From Nanobdellota archaeon (lineage in GTDB: Archaea; Nanobdellota; Nanobdellia; Woesearchaeales; JAHWHD01), in contig JAYENX010000028.1 in NCBI GenBank assembly GCA_034722435.1, positions 1-40,433 on the forward strand: a stretch of DNA of 40,433 nucleotides. The letters are read 5' to 3'. Made by a program: the position numbers and the translations under genes. The notes under the pieces were generated by a model that was not told the DNA's origin, ran no database searches, and was given only the letters and a program-made list of their open reading frames with translations. This document shows positions 34,535 through 40,433 of the stretch, piece by piece (the stretch's first letter is position 1; every line of letters begins with the position of its first letter).

Positions 34535-35160
34535 AAAATTTGAAAGGTTTATTGCTTTTGTCTGGTGGTATAGATAGTCCTGTTGCTGGACATTTAATTA
34601 GGAAGAAAGGTGTTGATGTTATTGGACTTCATTTTGATAATCGGCCATTTACAGAGGGTAAAGCGTTAGAACTTGCAAAACGATTGGCAATTAAGATTGG
34701 GATAAATAAACTTTATATTGTTAATTATGGGGAATTAAAATCAGATATTGTTAAGAATTGTAAAAGAAGGTATACTTGTGTTTTATGTAGAAGGTTGATG
34801 TTTAGGATTGCGGGGAAAATTGCAGAAAAAGAGAATTGTGATTTTTTAATAACCGGAGAAAATCTTGGACAAGTAGCTTCACAAACTTTATCTAATATGA
34901 TTTCTGAACATTCTTCAATTTCAATTCCTGTTTTAAGACCTTTATTGTGTAATGATAAACAAGAAATAATTGAGGTTGCAAGACAAATTGATACTTATGA
35001 TATTTCTATAGAGCCTAGTATTTGTTGTACGCTAGTTCCCAAGAGTCCTGCTACTTCATCAACTGTTCGGGCAATTGAAAATGAAGAAAATAATTTAAAT
35101 TTTGAAGAACTTCTTAAAAATGCGGTAGAAACAGTTCAAATAGAGTTATTTGACCGTTAA
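34531..35160 (+). CDS. thiI: ThiI-type tRNA 4-thiouridine synthase catalytic (PP-loop) domain lacking THUMP
   Basis: LLLSGGIDSPVA, TCVLCRRLM (CxxC), TGENLGQVASQT, LRPL..DKQEI, ICC. Only 209 aa. Confidence 0.85.
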   Translation: MKNLKGLLLLSGGIDSPVAGHLIRKKGVDVIGLHFDNRPFTEGKALELAKRLAIKIGINKLYIVNYGELKSDIVKNCKRRYTCVLCRRLMFRIAGKIAEKENCDFLITGENLGQVASQTLSNMISEHSSISIPVLRPLLCNDKQEIIEVARQIDTYDISIEPSICCTLVPKSPATSSTVRAIENEENNLNFEELLKNAVETVQIELFDR

Positions 35161-35223
35161 GTTTATAAACTTAATATTATATTTCTTTATAAATATTCCG
35201 TATAATAATATATAGGTATATTC

Positions 35224-38200
35224 ATGAAAAAAAGAGGGATTTTGGGTTTAGTATTAGTTATTTCTATAATTGCAGTTATCTTTTTTGTAAAGGCTCAAGC
35301 TCCTACTGGAATATGTTATACAACATTACCTGGTGATGCTTGTGCTTTTGTAGTTGATAGTTGTGCTGAATTTGGGTCACAGGGTGCAATATATGAAGCA
35401 GGGGGAAATGAGGTTTATGCTGAGTGTGTTGAAAGTTTAGGTTGTTGTTGTTACGGGGAGATTGAAGGTGCAATTTTATCTTCCGAGGTTTGTATTCCTG
35501 AATATATTGATAATAGGACTTTTGATGCAACAATTACTAATTCTCAAACTTGTGCTTTTGTATGTCGTGGAGAAGTTCCTCTTTGTGAATCTAATCAATG
35601 TGGGCAACCTAATACTGCGTTTCCTTGTATGTGTGGTACGACCGAAATTGCAGAAACAAATCCTTTTTGTTGTGCGGCGGGTGATACTGGTTATTTGACT
35701 AAAGATAGTTGTTTATTTCAAGATGATAGCGCGTGTAAGCAAGAGACTTTTAAGATTTCAGGAATTATTTCTGATGAAACAGGTCAAGCTCTAGAGGGCG
35801 TTAGGGTTACAACAGGTACTGTAGATTTTATAACTGCTGCGGATGGTGTTTATGTTTTAACTCTTCTTCCTCCTGGAGGTTATACGGTTGCTGCGACTAA
35901 AACAGGTCATATTACAAATCAGTCTATTGTTGTAATAACTAATGATAATATAACTGTGAATTTAGCTCTTGAGACTGTGTTGGAAGAGTTAGATTCTGAT
36001 GGTGATGGTTTGAATGATGCTGAAGATGTTTGTCCTTTTGAGGCGGCAATTAAACTTAATACTGATCCTTTGTATACTGATTTTGAAAATTTAGCTTCTG
36101 GTTTTTGTGGTGATTCTATAGATAATGATTGTGATGGTGAAATAGATTGTCAAGATTCGGGGTGTATTGCAACAGATCCTGCTTGTGCGCAAGAGTTTTG
36201 CGGTGATGCTTTTGTTTCTGGAGTTGAAGAGTGTGATATTGTATATGGTTTAGATGGAGTTATGAGAGGGGATGATTCTGCTTGTCCTGGAAGATGTAAT
36301 ATGACTGGTACAAAGTCTTGTAGGTGTGAGCCAATTTGTGGTGATAATTTATGGATGGATCTTGAGATTTGTGAAGTTGTTGATGAAGAGGTTTGGGGAT
36401 GTCCTGATTCTAGTTTAGGCTGTTGGAGGCCTGGCGAGGGAAGTACAGATTGTACATGTAAACCTGCAAGTATTTGTGGTGATCATATAATCTCTGGAAA
36501 TGAAGAATGCGATTTTGATATATTCACAGATTTCGGGTTTAATGCTTCGGGAGATGCAGTTGAATGTATTAGGCCTGGCGAGTCTCGAGAGTGTCATGTG
36601 AAATCATGGTCTTGTGGTGATGGTGTGATACATCCTTATTTTGAGCAGTGTGAAGATGGCGTTGTAGGCAGTCAATGTAGTGATGCTGAATGTAATGATA
36701 TTACTTGTAAATGTCCGCCTGGTTGTACTGCTGAGCAATATACTGCTGATTTAGATATTTTATTAATGCCTGCTAGTTATAATGTATCTCTTAATTGGGA
36801 TTCTGTTTGTTTACCATCTTCTTATACAGTATATAGAAATGGTGAAGTAATTTTACAATCTTCGCAAGTGAAAGAGTTTATTGATGATTCGCCAAAAGAT
36901 TCGGGAACTCTTTATTGTTATCAGGTTAAATCTTATTATACCATTGATGGAATTCCTGGATCGCGAGTTTCTTCACCTCTTGAATGTATAACGACTGGAG
37001 ATGATATTTGTTCTCAAGAAACTTCTGATCAATTTTGTAATGGTAATACACGAGTAAGGTGCGGAGATGATAATAGGTTAGAAGATATTGAGAATTGTGA
37101 TACTAAAGAGAAGATTACAGATGAAACTTATGTTTGTACTGGTCCCGATAATGATGATCTTACTGAGTGTCAATTTCAGAGTAAGTGTGATGAGTGTAAT
37201 GATGTTTTAGGTTTATTTTGGAGGCAGGGTCGGACAAAGATTTTTGATATTTTATTTCCTTGTGAAAATATTGTGACTTGTTATACTGATTTTAGTGATA
37301 CTTCTGTTGATAAATATTATTCGTGTACTGATGTGAATACTTGTTATGATTATAGATCGAAAGATGCTTGCCAACAAAATAGGTGTACTACTGAAATGGA
37401 TGCTAATCCTTTTGGTTGTGAGTGGTTAGAGTCGAGTTATAATGAAACGGGGCATGGAGTTTGTAGACCTATTGATTCTACTAAACATGATTGTTCAAGA
37501 TGTAATGAACCTTATAATGCTATTTTTGGAGATTGTAATAGAGAAATTTGTGGTTTATATGGTAATTGTTATTATGATTATATACCTTTAAATCAAGAGT
37601 ATGCTTGTAGAAGTATGTCGGAGATTGATTGCGAGGATTATGATACTTCTGAGGATTGTTCAGGTGGAACTAATGTAGTTGTTGATGTAGATTATGATTA
37701 TATGTTTTATGACCCTAATATTCCACCTCCTCCTGCTGAGTGTATGTCTGAGATAAGTTATCTTTTTCCTTCGCCTTGTGTAAATCAAAAAATATATGGA
37801 ACTAATGAAATTTTACAGAGAAGTGATGATTTTTTTGGTTTTGGTTTGTGTGAATGGGAAAATGGTGGATGTTTTAAAGATGCGGATAATAAAACAAATA
37901 TAGGTAGGACAAGTGAAGGTGTTGATTTAGGTGATTGTTTTGTTGATCATGTTTGTAGGCACGATTTTGAACCTCCTATGACTTTATTTGATATTCCTCC
38001 TGTTGCAGGAAAGAATTTTGTTTTGGATTATTTTGTATCTGATAATATTTTCGAGTCGCAGGATATTGTGACTTATTATACAATTGTTCCAAAGAATGTT
38101 GTTGAGTATCCTATGACTCGGGCTTCGGCAGGACAAATTAGTTTGAATGATGGGAATGTTACTGTATCTAATGATTATACTATTTATTATTTTTCTGAAG

Positions 38201-40433
38201 ATAAGTCTCATAATTTAGAACAGGTGAAATCGTTTGATCTTTTTATTGATACGCAACCTCCTGAAATTTCTATTGAGACAATTGAAGAACCTTTTGTAGT
38301 TGGTGGTGTATATTATACTAATCTTACTATAGTATTAAATGCAAATGATGATACTTTTCCTAACTCTACGTGTATGGCGAATTTAACTTCGGGAGGTCAA
38401 GTGATTCCTAATGGTTTTTGGCTTGACCGTGATGTGGGGGAAGTTTTTTCTAATAAGTTTTTAGCTCTTCCTGATGGTGATTATATTTTGGAATATTGGT
38501 GTAGTGATGCGGTTGGTAATTCGATACAAGGTACTAATTTAACCACTATTGATGCAGATATAAGTATAACAGACCCTTTACCTTTTGGTCCTATTAATAT
38601 TAAAACAGGAATTGAGATTTCAGTAAAGACTGAAGAAGATGCAGAGTGTAGATATTCTTCAACACCTGTGCCTTTAGGCTTTACATTAACTGCTGATCAG
38701 TTTGCAGAAATGACCACTTTTACAGAAAAAGCACCAGATGGTAAATTTCATAGAACTCCTGGAATTGAAATATTAGGTCCTGATAATATTAGTGTGATGT
38801 ATTATGTAAGATGTAAGTTTCCTGATGGAACTTTTAGAGGGACTGCTTCAGATAATATTAAGTTTGCAGTTGATCTTCAACCTCCTGTAGTTTCTTTAAA
38901 AGTTAATAATGATGATTTACAGCAATGGTATGTTACTACTCCAATTAATGTTGAAATAAAATGTAAAGATCCAGAGATTAAAGTTGATGGAATACCTGTG
39001 CAATTTGATAATTGTAATGTATTTTATTGTGAACAGAGTGAAACTTGTACGCCTTTGAATAGAGGAGTATCCACTTATTCTTTTGACTTTGCTGCTGAGA
39101 ATCAAATGGTTGAAAAACCTATTAGGTATTTTGCAATGGATGATGGTAATAATGCTGGAGAAATTATATCTGAAACTTTAAGGATTGATAGGATAAGGCC
39201 TGAGTATACTGTTGAAATAAGAACTATATTTGGTGAAATTGTTGATTTATTAACCTTTGGTGATTATTTTGTGGCTATTTATCCTTCTGAAAATATGTCT
39301 CAAGTTGATACTTTGAGATTTGATACTCTTACTTCTGGTAAATCTTCTTCATTGGTGCCAGGACAATTTACTTCTGAAGTGTGGGGCGGATGGATAAATC
39401 TCAGACCTGATAATTTTTCGAATGTTGAAGATAATGCTAGTTTTAGTATCTTTGGATTAGATGAACACGGATTAGGTGGTAGCTTTATTATAGATGGAAA
39501 GGATTTTTATATTGATACTAAAGTTCCTGATAAACCTGTTTTGGAACCTGGCGTTGAGACTTATGCTCATTTAGTGAATGGTGTATATTATACTAATCAA
39601 GATTCATTATTTGTTTCAGGTTATACTGGGGAGAGTTCTTTGAATATTTCATTTTATAAGGATAATGAATATGGAGAAAATAAACCGAGACATGTTTATA
39701 CTCAAATTTTGAATCCTGTTGTTGATGTTCTTACTGTCTCTTCAGGTTCAAAAGGTCAGGCAATTATAACTTTTATTGGTGATGTATCTGATAATGTTTC
39801 AGTTGGGGATTATTTGGAGTTTAATCATTATAGAAAAAATTATCCTAATTGGAAAAATTATTATGAAGTTGTTAATGTACAATTAGAAGCTCCTAATACT
39901 GCAGTTACATTAGAAGTTTCTCTTGAAGAGAATGTAGATACTGGTAGTTTAGCGAATGTCTATAAGAGTGCGTATCCTTCAAACTGGTTTAAGCAACAGA
40001 CTGTATTAACCGACTCTGTAGATATCCCTGGATTAGGGGTTGTTAATATTGCAACAGGACTTATTAATATTTCAATTGATGCGAAAGATAAAGCTTTGAA
40101 TCCTTCAGAGTCTGTTTCATTTTCTTTACTTTGGGATAAGATTGCGCCCGAGTTTTTTGAGACAGGGCCTAGAGATGGTTGGGTAATTAATGATAATCGA
40201 ACTTCAGTGTTTGTTAAAGTTCGTGAACTTTTAGAAGGGTCAGGTATTGATAATTCGTCATTAGATTTTAGGTTATCAAATGATAGGGTTGGACCAGTTG
40301 CATTTTCAGAAGAATGTTTAGAGTATGAATGTATTAATTTCGTTTATAATTCTGATGGTAGATTGGTTTTGTCAGAGGATGTCCATCAAGTTAATGTAAG
40401 TATTAAGGATGTAGCAGGAAATAAGATTGATGT
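35224..40433 (+). CDS. Giant multidomain Cys-rich surface protein/adhesin (3'-partial, >1,736 aa)
   Basis: ATG at 35224; I read frame +1 to the window end without finding a stop. Signal peptide MKKRGILGLVLVISIIAVIFFVKA, carboxypeptidase-regulatory-like domain, DSDGDGLND Ca loop, CGDSIDNDCDGEIDC, four CGD..E.C repeats, FN3-like domain, multiple Ig-like repeats (D..PP / D..GN). Confidence 0.9.
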   Translation, partial: MKKRGILGLVLVISIIAVIFFVKAQAPTGICYTTLPGDACAFVVDSCAEFGSQGAIYEAGGNEVYAECVESLGCCCYGEIEGAILSSEVCIPEYIDNRTFDATITNSQTCAFVCRGEVPLCESNQCGQPNTAFPCMCGTTEIAETNPFCCAAGDTGYLTKDSCLFQDDSACKQETFKISGIISDETGQALEGVRVTTGTVDFITAADGVYVLTLLPPGGYTVAATKTGHITNQSIVVITNDNITVNLALETVLEELDSDGDGLNDAEDVCPFEAAIKLNTDPLYTDFENLASGFCGDSIDNDCDGEIDCQDSGCIATDPACAQEFCGDAFVSGVEECDIVYGLDGVMRGDDSACPGRCNMTGTKSCRCEPICGDNLWMDLEICEVVDEEVWGCPDSSLGCWRPGEGSTDCTCKPASICGDHIISGNEECDFDIFTDFGFNASGDAVECIRPGESRECHVKSWSCGDGVIHPYFEQCEDGVVGSQCSDAECNDITCKCPPGCTAEQYTADLDILLMPASYNVSLNWDSVCLPSSYTVYRNGEVILQSSQVKEFIDDSPKDSGTLYCYQVKSYYTIDGIPGSRVSSPLECITTGDDICSQETSDQFCNGNTRVRCGDDNRLEDIENCDTKEKITDETYVCTGPDNDDLTECQFQSKCDECNDVLGLFWRQGRTKIFDILFPCENIVTCYTDFSDTSVDKYYSCTDVNTCYDYRSKDACQQNRCTTEMDANPFGCEWLESSYNETGHGVCRPIDSTKHDCSRCNEPYNAIFGDCNREICGLYGNCYYDYIPLNQEYACRSMSEIDCEDYDTSEDCSGGTNVVVDVDYDYMFYDPNIPPPPAECMSEISYLFPSPCVNQKIYGTNEILQRSDDFFGFGLCEWENGGCFKDADNKTNIGRTSEGVDLGDCFVDHVCRHDFEPPMTLFDIPPVAGKNFVLDYFVSDNIFESQDIVTYYTIVPKNVVEYPMTRASAGQISLNDGNVTVSNDYTIYYFSEDKSHNLEQVKSFDLFIDTQPPEISIETIEEPFVVGGVYYTNLTIVLNANDDTFPNSTCMANLTSGGQVIPNGFWLDRDVGEVFSNKFLALPDGDYILEYWCSDAVGNSIQGTNLTTIDADISITDPLPFGPINIKTGIEISVKTEEDAECRYSSTPVPLGFTLTADQFAEMTTFTEKAPDGKFHRTPGIEILGPDNISVMYYVRCKFPDGTFRGTASDNIKFAVDLQPPVVSLKVNNDDLQQWYVTTPINVEIKCKDPEIKVDGIPVQFDNCNVFYCEQSETCTPLNRGVSTYSFDFAAENQMVEKPIRYFAMDDGNNAGEIISETLRIDRIRPEYTVEIRTIFGEIVDLLTFGDYFVAIYPSENMSQVDTLRFDTLTSGKSSSLVPGQFTSEVWGGWINLRPDNFSNVEDNASFSIFGLDEHGLGGSFIIDGKDFYIDTKVPDKPVLEPGVETYAHLVNGVYYTNQDSLFVSGYTGESSLNISFYKDNEYGENKPRHVYTQILNPVVDVLTVSSGSKGQAIITFIGDVSDNVSVGDYLEFNHYRKNYPNWKNYYEVVNVQLEAPNTAVTLEVSLEENVDTGSLANVYKSAYPSNWFKQQTVLTDSVDIPGLGVVNIATGLINISIDAKDKALNPSESVSFSLLWDKIAPEFFETGPRDGWVINDNRTSVFVKVRELLEGSGIDNSSLDFRLSNDRVGPVAFSEECLEYECINFVYNSDGRLVLSEDVHQVNVSIKDVAGNKID

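Noticed and set aside
35303-39105. Short ORFs at 35303, 35462, 36415, 37984 and 38917
   Set aside because: All fall inside the giant frame +1 ORF starting at 35224.
1-40433. CRISPR array, rRNA, transposase/integrase or prophage
   Set aside because: No regularly spaced repeats, GC-rich structural RNA stretches or recombinase/capsid motifs were recognised.

Overview
AT-rich, gene-dense archaeal chromosome segment. Gene content and style suggest a DPANN lineage such as Woesearchaeota (inference). All calls come from motif recognition by eye; no database search was run. Layout: (1) 1-12.3 kb replication/information cluster: candidate oriC with ORB elements, cdc6/orc1-polD(DP1)-polD(DP2), DUF424, aIF-2beta, SpoIIM-like, RPA2-like OB protein, MCM, TBP, and a second, unexpected pair of ORB-like boxes upstream of TBP. 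(2) 12.3-20.2 kb: four Cys-rich secreted/surface proteins on the minus strand. (3) 20.3-28.9 kb: an expanded His-Xaa-Ser (Hxs)-type RiPP-like locus, the best candidate for an undescribed system. It has an A24 prepilin-type peptidase, two HxsD-like proteins, a membrane-anchored Cys-repeat protein, HxsB, a 104-aa His-triplet precursor with a Flp-pilin-like FLRNEEG leader motif, an APH-kinase/radical-SAM fusion, a DUF483-like protein and two HxsC-like radical SAM enzymes. (4) 29-35.2 kb: tRNA maturation/sulfur island (Rpp30, TtuA/Ncs6, IscS/IscU, HTH regulator, ThiI split into a catalytically dead THUMP gene and a THUMP-less catalytic gene), interrupted by a bacterial-type PlsC acyltransferase. 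(5) 35.2 kb to the end: a >1,736-codon surface-protein ORF missing from the supplied ORF track because it runs off the window. No rRNA, tRNA, CRISPR array or transposase was recognised.
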